Positions 16,456 through 23,543 of a stretch of DNA of 32,967 nt are shown here, piece by piece. The stretch comes from Haematospirillum jordaniae. A program made the translations under genes and the position numbers. The notes under the pieces were generated by a model, which ran no database searches, had not been told where the DNA came from, and saw only the letters and a program-made list of their open reading frames with translations. The stretch lies in the sequence record NZ_CP014526.1; one strand, 5' to 3'. Within the stretch, counting starts at the first letter, position 1; every line of letters begins with the position of its first letter.

Positions 16456-17010
16456 ATGCTGATCGGCTACGCCCGCGTTTCGACGCGAGACCAGACCACA
16501 GAGCTACAGACAGAGGCGTTGTCGGCAGCCGGTTGCGAGCGCGTGTTCGAGGACCAGACCAGCGGCAGCCGTGAAGACCGTCCCGGCCTTTCCAGTGCGC
16601 TGGATTACCTGCGCACTGGTGACACACTGGTGGTGTGGAAGCTGGACCGTCTGGGCCGGACCGTGAAGCAGCTTGTGCATCTGGTTGACAGCCTTCAGGC
16701 CCGTGGCATCCACTTCCGCAGCCTCACCGACGGCATAGATACCGGAAGCCCGGCAGGCCGGTTCTTCTTCCACATCATGGCCAGCCTTGCCGAGATGGAG
16801 CGCGACCTGATCGCCGAAAGAACACGCGCCGGACTGGACGCCGCCCGGAAAGCCGGACGCAAAGGAGGGCGCCCCGCAAAGATGACCCCCGGCAAGATCA
16901 CGGCAGCCCGCAAGCTTCTGGAAACCGGAACACCCGCCCGCACCGTCGCCGAGAGTCTCGGCGTGTCACCCGCTACACTGTACCGCTGGCTGCCTGCCCA
17001 GACGGCTTAG
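16456..17010 (+). CDS. Small serine recombinase (resolvase/invertase family)
   Basis: MLIGYARVSTRDQTTELQ...GDTLVVWKLDRLGR is the catalytic Ser motif and resolvase N-domain, with a C-terminal HTH (VAESLGVSPATLYRWL). Likely start at 16456 with Shine-Dalgarno GAGGGAG. 184 aa. Confidence 0.85.
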   Translation: MLIGYARVSTRDQTTELQTEALSAAGCERVFEDQTSGSREDRPGLSSALDYLRTGDTLVVWKLDRLGRTVKQLVHLVDSLQARGIHFRSLTDGIDTGSPAGRFFFHIMASLAEMERDLIAERTRAGLDAARKAGRKGGRPAKMTPGKITAARKLLETGTPARTVAESLGVSPATLYRWLPAQTA

Positions 17011-17016
17011 CGTGCT

Positions 17017-17550
17017 TTATTTTCCGTTTTCTGAGACGCCGCTTTTATCAGCTATAGCTTCGCGCAAGAGAGCGTTAAGTCGGTCCTGCCATCCATCGCC
17101 CTCAGAGTGAAGATACTCAAGGATATCAGGATCGAGACGAACGGGTGCTGTTCTTGTTACACGCGCCAAGGGAGAACAGCCGCTCCGTACGGGGATTTTT
17201 TCAAGCGCTTCTGCCCATTCAGGGATATCTGTGTCCTGTTCTTGTTTTTCTACAGACATTTTCTGAATGGCCAGTCTCAAACCCATGGTGCGCAAAATCG
17301 CCATCAAGCTGCGAATCTCCGGGTTTCCTTTGTGCGACAGGGTACGATACAACTGGTTCGGGTTCAGCGCTGCCGCCTTTGCCACCTGACGCACCCCCCC
17401 GAATGCTGCGGCCATCTGGCGCAGAGCTATCAGCAGTTCCCCTTGATCACCATCTTCCAGAATGCTGTTCAGCAATGCCTCGGCATAAGCAGGATCATTA
17501 CGAAACACTTCTGCCATAGCTGTATCATGTTCCCGGTCTTTCATTGTCAA
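17017..17550 (-). CDS. HTH antitoxin (addiction-module antidote family) with a C-terminal BrnA-like extension
   Basis: The N-terminal ~100 aa (FRNDPAYAEALLNSILEDGDQGELLIALRQMAAAFGGVRQVAKAAALNPNQLYRTLSHKGNPEIRSLMAILRTMGLRL) match the antidote partner of RelE/ParE-type killers. The C-terminal ~70 aa (VRLDPDILEYLHSEGDGWQDRLNALLREAI) resemble the BrnA motif. Immediately downstream of the toxin. Confidence 0.55.
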   Translation of the reverse strand: MTMKDREHDTAMAEVFRNDPAYAEALLNSILEDGDQGELLIALRQMAAAFGGVRQVAKAAALNPNQLYRTLSHKGNPEIRSLMAILRTMGLRLAIQKMSVEKQEQDTDIPEWAEALEKIPVRSGCSPLARVTRTAPVRLDPDILEYLHSEGDGWQDRLNALLREAIADKSGVSENGK

Positions 17551-17556
17551 ACCTCT

Positions 17557-17874
17557 TTAACGTTTCTGCCAGTCTTGCCAGTACGAACAAGCGCGCTCAA
17601 TGTCGGCCTTCTGCCTTCGCTTGTCCCCACCGCAGAGCAGAAGGACAATTTCCTTGCCTGCTCTTGCAAAGTAAACGCGATAGCCTGGACCAACGTCGAT
17701 GCGCAGCTCATACACACCATCACGCAATGGTTTATGATCACCAAAATTACCGAGTTCCATGCGGTAAATACGACGATCAATGGCAACCAGGGCCTTGGTG
17801 TCCCGTATTTGCTCACGCCATTCGGCAAAGTGGTCCCGGCCATTTGAATCGAGATAGTGTCGTATCGTCTGCAT
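17557..17874 (-). CDS. RelE/ParE-superfamily toxin (addiction-module killer)
   Basis: 105 aa, upstream of the HTH antitoxin with a 6-nt gap. Sequence features are typical of the killer-protein family (MQTIRHYLDSNGRDHFAEWREQI...GVYELRIDVGPGYRVYFARAGKEIVLLLCGGDKRRQ). Confidence 0.7.
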   Translation of the reverse strand: MQTIRHYLDSNGRDHFAEWREQIRDTKALVAIDRRIYRMELGNFGDHKPLRDGVYELRIDVGPGYRVYFARAGKEIVLLLCGGDKRRQKADIERACSYWQDWQKR

Positions 17875-17885
17875 GACGGGGATTA

Positions 17886-17899
17886 TCGTTTATAAACGA
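17886..17899. promoter_or_regulatory. Operator palindrome TCGTTTATAAACGA upstream of the relE/antitoxin operon
   Basis: Perfect 14-bp palindrome about 12 bp upstream of the toxin start codon. Confidence 0.4.
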
Positions 17900-18204
17900 C
17901 ATTGTGTCAAGCGTTATTCTTTTGAGCCGATGGGAGTGACAGCCTGCATATTGCTTACCAAGCCATACCGCTCCTCCAGATGGTGCAAACAAAAAACTCA
18001 ACCATCCGTCCCTTGTTCGATCCGCGCCGGAGGCGAGGGCGAACATGCCCGTAAGGGCGTGGACGTCCCTCGTCCCGACGCCTTCAGAAGACCAGCGCGC
18101 GCAACGGAGTGCAACAGGCCGAAGGCGCACCGCAGCCACGCGCAGCACGTAGTGCGAGCATGGCGAGAAGCCACCTGTTGCACGGAGAGAGCACGTTGGT
18201 ATTA

Positions 18205-18262
18205 GGCTCCCTCCCCGATGACGGGGAGGGGTGTGCGCGACCCTAGCGCACGCCTTTTTATA
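18205..18262 (+). terminator. Tandem hairpins with a T-run (plus-strand terminator)
   Basis: CCCTCCCCGATGACGGGGAGGG hairpin followed by GTGCGCGACCCTAGCGCAC + GCCTTTTTAT. Confidence 0.4.
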
Positions 18263-18400
18263 TTTATTTGTTTGTTTAAAGGTTCTCTCATCAGTTTCTG
18301 AACCCTAGAAAGTCCGGAAAAGGGGGTTCTGGTCCGTAAAATCCGGATTCTTGTTTGTGTTTCTGTGGATAACTTTATTTTGGGCTTCAAAAACGACAGC
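18255..18400. other. AT-rich origin-like region (candidate oriV / DNA-unwinding element) 3' of the repA-like gene
   Basis: tttatatttatttgtttgtttaaagg...ttattttgggcttcaaaaacgac is a strongly AT-rich island inside an otherwise ~60% GC replicon. Short TCCGGA-containing repeats. Only spurious small ORFs. Confidence 0.3.
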
Positions 18401-18452
18401 AAAACAGGGGGAGAAGGTGCCGGAAAAGGCCCGGATTTGCTGTCCGCACAAA

Positions 18453-18482
18453 CGGCTACGCCCGCTCAAGGGCGGGTTTTAG
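18453..18482 (+). terminator. Rho-independent terminator (GCCCGCTCAAGGGCGGG + TTTT)
   Basis: Perfect 7-bp stem with T-run, 20 bp from the 3' end of the convergent repA-like gene. Confidence 0.45.
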
Positions 18483-18504
18483 AGGGACAGATTGTAACTG
18501 GCTG

Positions 18505-19191
18505 CTAGTCGGGCGGCTTGCGCTTGCGGGCCTCTTTCTGGTCCAGAATACGCCGATCCAGATCAGCCTGCTTCTGTTCATGGGCATCCCCGTAGCGTTC
18601 GAGAAGCGCAAGGCCCTCACGGACCTCACCCACCTCCCGCGCGGCCTTGTACATTTCACGCGCACTCGGCCACTCGAAGGGGTAGCGGTCAAAGACCTTT
18701 GACTCATCCATCTTCAGTTGCCACCGCGCCGGAGACAGAAAGGCGTATGCGTTGGATACTTGCTTCAGGAGGAACCGACCGTTATCAAAGGTCCGTTTGA
18801 TGCAGCGGTTGACCGCGAAGATAATGCCCTGTTCCCGAAGGAATTTCAGCGCCTTGTAGACCGTTGTCTGACCGTAGCCCGCCTTCTCTCCAAGGGTCTT
18901 GTAAGAGCATGTCAGTTCGCCGGTCTCCCAATTGATCATCTCGACAAAAGCCCGATAGACAGCGAGCACCGAGCGGCCTCGTCCTTCATAACGCTGCACC
19001 TCTGGGCTTGCTGCGAGTTGCTCCTTCCAGCGCAAAACCGTCTTTCTCGGCGGCGGCTTGCCGAACTTGACAAGATGCTTCTCGAACGCGCCGCGACGGC
19101 ACTGCCACTTCGGACCGTCCGGCAAGCCGAACGGGGGCGTGAGCCGGAAGCCCGGTGAAACTGTGTCTGGAGGGGAACCTGAAAGAAACAA
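18505..19191 (-). CDS. Replication initiator-like winged-HTH protein (plasmid RepA/RPA-like)
   Basis: Core RSVLAVYRAFVEMINWETGELTCSYKTLGEKAGYGQTTVYKALKFLREQGIIFAVNRCIK is the wHTH typical of alphaproteobacterial RepA-type initiators. Last gene of the early operon, where P2/186 carry replication genes. The true start is uncertain. Confidence 0.45.
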   Translation of the reverse strand: MFLSGSPPDTVSPGFRLTPPFGLPDGPKWQCRRGAFEKHLVKFGKPPPRKTVLRWKEQLAASPEVQRYEGRGRSVLAVYRAFVEMINWETGELTCSYKTLGEKAGYGQTTVYKALKFLREQGIIFAVNRCIKRTFDNGRFLLKQVSNAYAFLSPARWQLKMDESKVFDRYPFEWPSAREMYKAAREVGEVREGLALLERYGDAHEQKQADLDRRILDQKEARKRKPPD

Positions 19192-19300
19192 AGACCGCGC
19201 CCTACCTTGGGGCCGGGAGAGCTTTTTTTGCTGGAGTCTCGAGAGTGATTGACTTGGCTGAAGCCGCGCCCTATCTTGGGCTTTGCGGTAACGCCTGCAT
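19192..19300. repeat. Direct repeats upstream of the repA-like gene (iteron/operator candidates)
   Basis: CGCGCCCTACCTTGGGG (about 19196) and CGCGCCCTATCTTGGGC (about 19266), 70 bp apart. Confidence 0.3.
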
Positions 19301-19522
19301 TCACTGCCTAAGACCAGCGTAAGTCTTCCGGCTATGATTACTACACACAGTGGATGTGCCGCAAACCGTTCGTCGCGGTAGGCAACACAGCCCGGGGTTC
19401 TCCCCGGGCTTTCTCTTTGTCGTTTATTTTGGGCGCGGTGTAAAGCCTTGCGTGTAAAACGGGCCTAGCCGTGCGCTGTGACCGCGCAGCGTCCAAACAT
19501 TCACGTCTAAAAAGAAAGCCCA

Positions 19523-20056
19523 TCATTCCGCCTCTACAATCTTGTTGTTTTCATCGAGCGTGTACCAAGTGTCGGGTTTGATGCCATTCTCACCGACAAC
19601 CCCGACGACAACGCGCCCATGATCTGAACCGCGCGCCAAAACCCGAAACGCGATTACGCCGCCATCACTTGCCCTGGCCTTTCCGCCGCCAAGCGCATCA
19701 TCGACGAACACCAGAGCCAAGCCCGCGTGCGCTGCCTCTGCCCAACCGCTTTCACCTGCGATCGCAACATCCCAACCAATCGAATGGCCATCACAACCAG
19801 CAATCGCTATGTGATGTGAGTCAGCACATCCGCCCTCGCCAACGATCGCAACGTCCGACCACAAAGCGAGTCCACCGACCGGTGCAAAACACACAGGTCC
19901 GTAGGAAGACAATACGGAGAGCCGGTAATCAAAGCCGCGATTGAAAGCGATCGTGCCACCATAACTCTCAACTTCCATGCAGAGGTCCGAATCATCAGCC
20001 GCAGCACCCCAAACACGCTTGCCTCTGCGGAATCGGTCACGCCAGCCCATTACCAC
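19523..20056 (-). CDS. Hypothetical beta-helix-like repeat protein (early operon)
   Basis: 177-aa ORF with degenerate short repeats (DVAIVGEGGCADSHHIAIAGCDGHSIGWDVAIAGESGW). Co-directional with ogr and repA. Function unknown. Confidence 0.3.
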   Translation of the reverse strand: MVMGWRDRFRRGKRVWGAAADDSDLCMEVESYGGTIAFNRGFDYRLSVLSSYGPVCFAPVGGLALWSDVAIVGEGGCADSHHIAIAGCDGHSIGWDVAIAGESGWAEAAHAGLALVFVDDALGGGKARASDGGVIAFRVLARGSDHGRVVVGVVGENGIKPDTWYTLDENNKIVEAE

Positions 20057-20409
20057 CCTCCTTCATCGGATTGCTTTGAACCTCTGGCCTTGACCCCATA
20101 ACGGGCATACAGGCAGTCGGCAGCCTGCTGTGGTGTCAGGTAGTTTTTCCGTCGACTCGCGCGGTATTCGTTGCATCGCCTTAGAAAGAAGATCGCGACC
20201 AGAATCGCCAAGCCGCACCACTGCATGGCCTGGCTTCCCAAAAGCCAGCCGGCACCAATCACTGCAAAAATCAGCATGAAGGTGACGGCATCGCGCCGCC
20301 ACGACTGCTGCACCGTGGTTTGCAGGATGATTATTTTAACCTTGTCGCGCCAACCAAGGCTTATGCTCTCGGTCGCGTGAACACCTTCTACACCGTGAGT
20401 CGTCTTCAT
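20050..20409 (-). CDS. Hypothetical 2-TM membrane protein (early operon)
   Basis: From the internal start MKTTHGVEG...; helices VTFMLIFAVIGAGWLLG and WCGLAILVAIFFL. Confidence 0.3.
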   Translation of the reverse strand: MKTTHGVEGVHATESISLGWRDKVKIIILQTTVQQSWRRDAVTFMLIFAVIGAGWLLGSQAMQWCGLAILVAIFFLRRCNEYRASRRKNYLTPQQAADCLYARYGVKARGSKQSDEGGW

Positions 20410-20422
20410 GGCGCGCACCTCG

Positions 20423-20680
20423 TCACAGGAATGGAAACTGCATTTGATTCGGCGAAACACCGACAGCGAACGGAACGCCGACCCGCCGCCGACCCGGCAA
20501 CGAACTTTCGTTGAGAGAGCGAACCGGCGTCAGCGCGGCCACAAACATTGCGGCGCAATCCTCGCTGGTGCACAGATACGTAATCTCGCGGTACACGTCG
20601 GTAACCTGTCGGGTCTTGACCGTCCGACACCGGACGCCGCAATACGGACACTGCGTCGAATTGCTCGGACCTGCGCTCAT
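20423..20680 (-). CDS. ogr: Ogr/Delta-family zinc-finger late-gene transcription activator
   Basis: MSAGPSNSTQCPYCGVRCRTVKTRQVTDVYREITYLCTSEDCAAMFVAAL carries the C-x2-C-x22-C-x4-C pattern and the RTxxTRxVTD...FVAxL signature of P2 Ogr / 186 B. Confidence 0.75.
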   Translation of the reverse strand: MSAGPSNSTQCPYCGVRCRTVKTRQVTDVYREITYLCTSEDCAAMFVAALTPVRSLNESSLPGRRRVGVPFAVGVSPNQMQFPFL

Positions 20681-21105
20681 AGCTTCACCAAGAATTGTGA
20701 TATTGCCACAACCGCTTTAGTCAGTTCCGTGCGGCACACGGCACGCTCCTGATGGTCGATGTGACCGTCGGCCAGCGCCTCGGCCAGAACCGCAGCACCC
20801 TGTGTAATGTCGCGCATCAGTGAAAGGCCCGTGATTGTCTCGTCCCCGGTTCGCCTCACACCGGACAGCCCTGCCGGGCGCAGAACGGTTTCGGCAAATT
20901 CAACGGGCAAGACCCGGATCAGGGTCATTGCGTTGTGCCACTCCGGGCAGCTTTCGTTGCGAAGATAGCGACGGATCGCATCCTGCCCCACACCTGTGGC
21001 CGCCGCGACGTCGCCGACAGAAAACCGCCGTCCCGCTCCAACATAGAGTGACAGTGCGTCACTGAAGGCTTGACGTACGTTCCTGATCTGTTCTGGGTCT
21101 ATCAT
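20677..21105 (-). CDS. HTH regulatory protein of the early operon (CII-like role possible)
   Basis: 142 aa with an HTH around FSVGDVAAATGVGQDAIRRYL. Its first ~10 codons (MIDPEQIRNV) are duplicated at 22112 on the other side of the tandem-repeat array. Confidence 0.4.
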   Translation of the reverse strand: MIDPEQIRNVRQAFSDALSLYVGAGRRFSVGDVAAATGVGQDAIRRYLRNESCPEWHNAMTLIRVLPVEFAETVLRPAGLSGVRRTGDETITGLSLMRDITQGAAVLAEALADGHIDHQERAVCRTELTKAVVAISQFLVKL

Positions 21106-21151
21106 GATAGACCCCGCGCGGAGTTAACGGCACAGTGACCCGATGAGTGAC

Positions 21152-22042
21152 AAGAAACAGAATATTGCGTTTGCACCCATGCTCCCCCGTCTCCGGTTGT
21201 GGCCGGAGCAAAGTTCCCGGGAAGAGGCGCTGGTGCTCCGGGGGCTAAAAAAACCGCAACAAGTCGGCCCCGCACACCTTTGGCCTTTCGGCTTGGACAT
21301 GCGCGTGCGGCCCCCGGAACATGGGCATGAAAACACCGCCTTGCGGGGCGGGACCGCTTGTTGTGGGAGATTTTTAGGCTCCTGCCCCGAACCTTACCCG
21401 CAACAGGCGTGGAATGCAAGCACCGCTGTGCTGGCAAAAAGGGCGTGGCAAGAACAGAATATTGCGCGTGCACCCATGCTCCCCCGTCTCCGGTTGTGGC
21501 CGGAGAAACCACACCGGAAGAAGGTGCAGGCGCTCCGGGGGTTAAAACCGCCGCAACAAGTCGGCCCCGCACACCTTTGGCCTTTCGGCTTGGACATGCG
21601 CGTGCGGCCCCCGGAACATGGGCATGAAAACACCGCCTTGCGGGGCGGGACCGCTTGTTGTGGGAGGGTTTTAAGCTCCTGCCCCGAACGTTACCCGCAA
21701 CAGGCGTGGAATGCAAGCACCGCTGTGCTGGCAAAAAGGGTGTGGCAAGAACAGAATATTGCGTTTGCACCCATGCTCCCCCGTCTCCGGTTGTGGCCGG
21801 AGCAAAGTTCCCGGGAAGGGGTGCTGGTGCTCCGGGGGATAGAAACACCGCAACAAGTCGGCCCCGCACACCTTTGGCCTTTCGGCTTGGACATGCGCGT
21901 GCGGCCCCCGGAACATGGGCATGAAAATACCGCCTTGCGGGGCGGGACCGCTTGTTGTGGGAGGTTTCTATTCTCCTGCCCCGAACGTTACCCGCAACAG
22001 GCGTGGAATGCAAGCACCACTGTGCTGGCAAAAAGGGCGTGG
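21152..22042. repeat. Tandem repeat array: 3 copies of a 297-bp unit (about 90-95% identical)
   Basis: Units begin GAACAGAATATTGCG(T/C)(T/G)TGCACCCATGCTCCCCCGTCTCCGGTTGTGGCCGGAG at about 21154, 21452 and 21749 (period 297 = 99 codons). Long ORFs are open on both strands purely because of the 3n periodicity. Confidence 0.85.
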
Positions 22043-22108
22043 AAACGGTGTCTTGGTACTGCAATGCACGGGACACACCATCGATGTTCCTGATCTGTTC
22101 GGCATCAA

Positions 22109-22363
22109 TCATGACTGAATCCCTTCGACAATCCGTCCATGATGGCGACCCAGAGCGTGAGGGGCAGAAGAAGGTAGGCTGGTGTGGAACGCTATCGCAC
22201 GGATGATCTTGTTCGCCGTAGAAACAGACACAGATGCAGAGCCACGCTTCCAGCGTGTGAACGAAGAGCGTGAAACACCGGCATCCCTGCACACCTGGTT
22301 GATGCTAAGGCCCACAGCTTTGGCAATGCGCTCAATCTCATGTGGTGTAACAGGGTGCAACAC
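22109..22363 (-). CDS. Cro/Apl/Cox-like HTH protein, first gene of the early lytic operon
   Basis: 84 aa; HTH IERIAKAVGLSINQVCRDAGVSRSSFTRWKRG; divergent from the CI-like repressor gene. Confidence 0.55.
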   Translation of the reverse strand: MLHPVTPHEIERIAKAVGLSINQVCRDAGVSRSSFTRWKRGSASVSVSTANKIIRAIAFHTSLPSSAPHALGRHHGRIVEGIQS

Positions 22364-22469
22364 AATCAGCCTCCCTTGTGATCAGGGGGCGATTTTAGGC
22401 ACGCCTTTCTAGCAGGGCAAGCGTTTTAGTGATTTTTATAATTTACCATATTGCTAAATCAGTTCTCAA
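22364..22469. promoter_or_regulatory. Lysis-lysogeny switch region (divergent promoters/operators)
   Basis: 106-bp AT-rich intergenic region between divergent repressor-like genes; TATAAT at about 22433. Confidence 0.4.
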
Positions 22470-23522
22470 ATGATGACCGTAGGTGCGAATTTGCATACGG
22501 TAGCCTGCATGAGCATGAATGTGGGAAATAAGCAATTTCGCGAATACATAGACGCAGTGAAAGCAGTCACTGGTCTCTCACCGACTGCGATTGCTACAAA
22601 AGCTGGGCTTTCGTCATCAACGGTAAACACGCCGTACTACAGACCAGAGCTTGGCGTCACACCAACGTTACGAACAATAAACAAGATCGCCAAGGCCACC
22701 GACGTCCCGTTTGACCCCATGAGCTTTGATGAACTCGGAGCGATGGAGGACATCGACGAGAACAGGGAAAAGGCGCGGCCAAGAAAGAAGCCTGTCTTCA
22801 GGGGCGAAAAGGTCGGTTCCGACGCCTTCCAGCGATACATGAAGTCCGTTATTTCACAAACCGGACTTAGCCCCACAATGATCGCAAAAATTTCAGGTGT
22901 GTCCGGCCCAACATTGACCAATGCCTATTACACTGGAGCGCCTCCTACCCGCCGCACGGTTGACAGAATTGCGCAGGCAACCGGCATACCATTTGCGGGA
23001 GCCACAGAGGGTGTGACAACGGATGATGAGAATACTGGGCGCGACACGTCTCACATGGCGCGATGCCAACCGATACCAGTTCCACTTGATGTCTCTGCCC
23101 TTGAAAAGGACCTGCCGATAGTTTTTCTACATATAATAGAAGTGCCTTCTAACAATAAGTTAGAGGGGTACTCTATGAAGAAAAATGCCATCGAATTCTG
23201 TCGGCGTCCACCGGGCGTAGCGGGTGCACCAAATGCTTACGCAATCTATGCACCAGACGATGCTTTGGTGAAGTACGATTCCGGTGACTTGCTGTTTCTG
23301 GTGCCTGATCGGCCTGTCAAACCGGGCGATCATGCCCTCGTTCACGTGCAGTACAAGATGGACCAAGAACCCGTCGTGCACCTTGGACGCCTGACCGCAC
23401 GCAGTGCAACATCGATTACACTGTCGATCGACAGGCCGGAACCAACACAACAAAGAATTGCACTCGATAAAATCGTTTCCATTCACAAGATCCTGAGTAA
23501 TCGGGAAATTTTTGGCATCTGA
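22470..23522 (+). CDS. CI-like immunity repressor with two tandem N-terminal DNA-binding modules and a C-terminal LexA/S24-like domain
   Basis: The ~60-aa module is internally duplicated (REYIDAVKAVTGLSPTAIATKAGLSSSTVNTPYY...INKIAKATDVPF versus QRYMKSVISQTGLSPTMIAKISGVSGPTLTNAYY...VDRIAQATGIPF). The C-terminal region (YAIYAPDDALVKYDSGDLLFLVPDRPVKPGDHALVHV) resembles the S24 fold. The start may be an internal ATG (22509/22515). Confidence 0.55.
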   Translation: MMTVGANLHTVACMSMNVGNKQFREYIDAVKAVTGLSPTAIATKAGLSSSTVNTPYYRPELGVTPTLRTINKIAKATDVPFDPMSFDELGAMEDIDENREKARPRKKPVFRGEKVGSDAFQRYMKSVISQTGLSPTMIAKISGVSGPTLTNAYYTGAPPTRRTVDRIAQATGIPFAGATEGVTTDDENTGRDTSHMARCQPIPVPLDVSALEKDLPIVFLHIIEVPSNNKLEGYSMKKNAIEFCRRPPGVAGAPNAYAIYAPDDALVKYDSGDLLFLVPDRPVKPGDHALVHVQYKMDQEPVVHLGRLTARSATSITLSIDRPEPTQQRIALDKIVSIHKILSNREIFGI

Positions 23523-23543
23523 GAACAAGGAAGGAGAGACGGC

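Noticed and set aside
16456-17010. Serine recombinase as a Gin/Cin-type tail-fibre invertase or as the phage integrase
   Set aside because: It is about 17 kb from the tail-fibre genes H/G, and the fibre C-terminus shows no flanking inverted repeats. At 184 aa it is a small resolvase without the large C-terminal domain of serine integrases. A plasmid multimer-resolution or cassette role is more plausible.
17107-17847. 246-aa plus-strand ORF
   Set aside because: Antisense to the relE/antitoxin operon. No Shine-Dalgarno or recognisable domain.
17873-18205. 110-aa plus-strand and 111-aa minus-strand ORFs upstream of the terminator/AT-rich region
   Set aside because: Mutually antisense, Arg/Cys/His-rich low-complexity translations. 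The region is more likely regulatory or non-coding (TA promoter, origin-proximal).
21152-22042. CRISPR array
   Set aside because: The repeat unit is 297 bp and directly tandem with no spacers. No cas genes are present.
21102-22292. 396-aa minus-strand and 316-aa plus-strand ORFs spanning the tandem array
   Set aside because: They stay open only because the repeat period is a multiple of 3. Their 5' parts overlap the well-supported Apl/Cox-like gene in other frames. Not called as CDS; kept as an open question in the findings.
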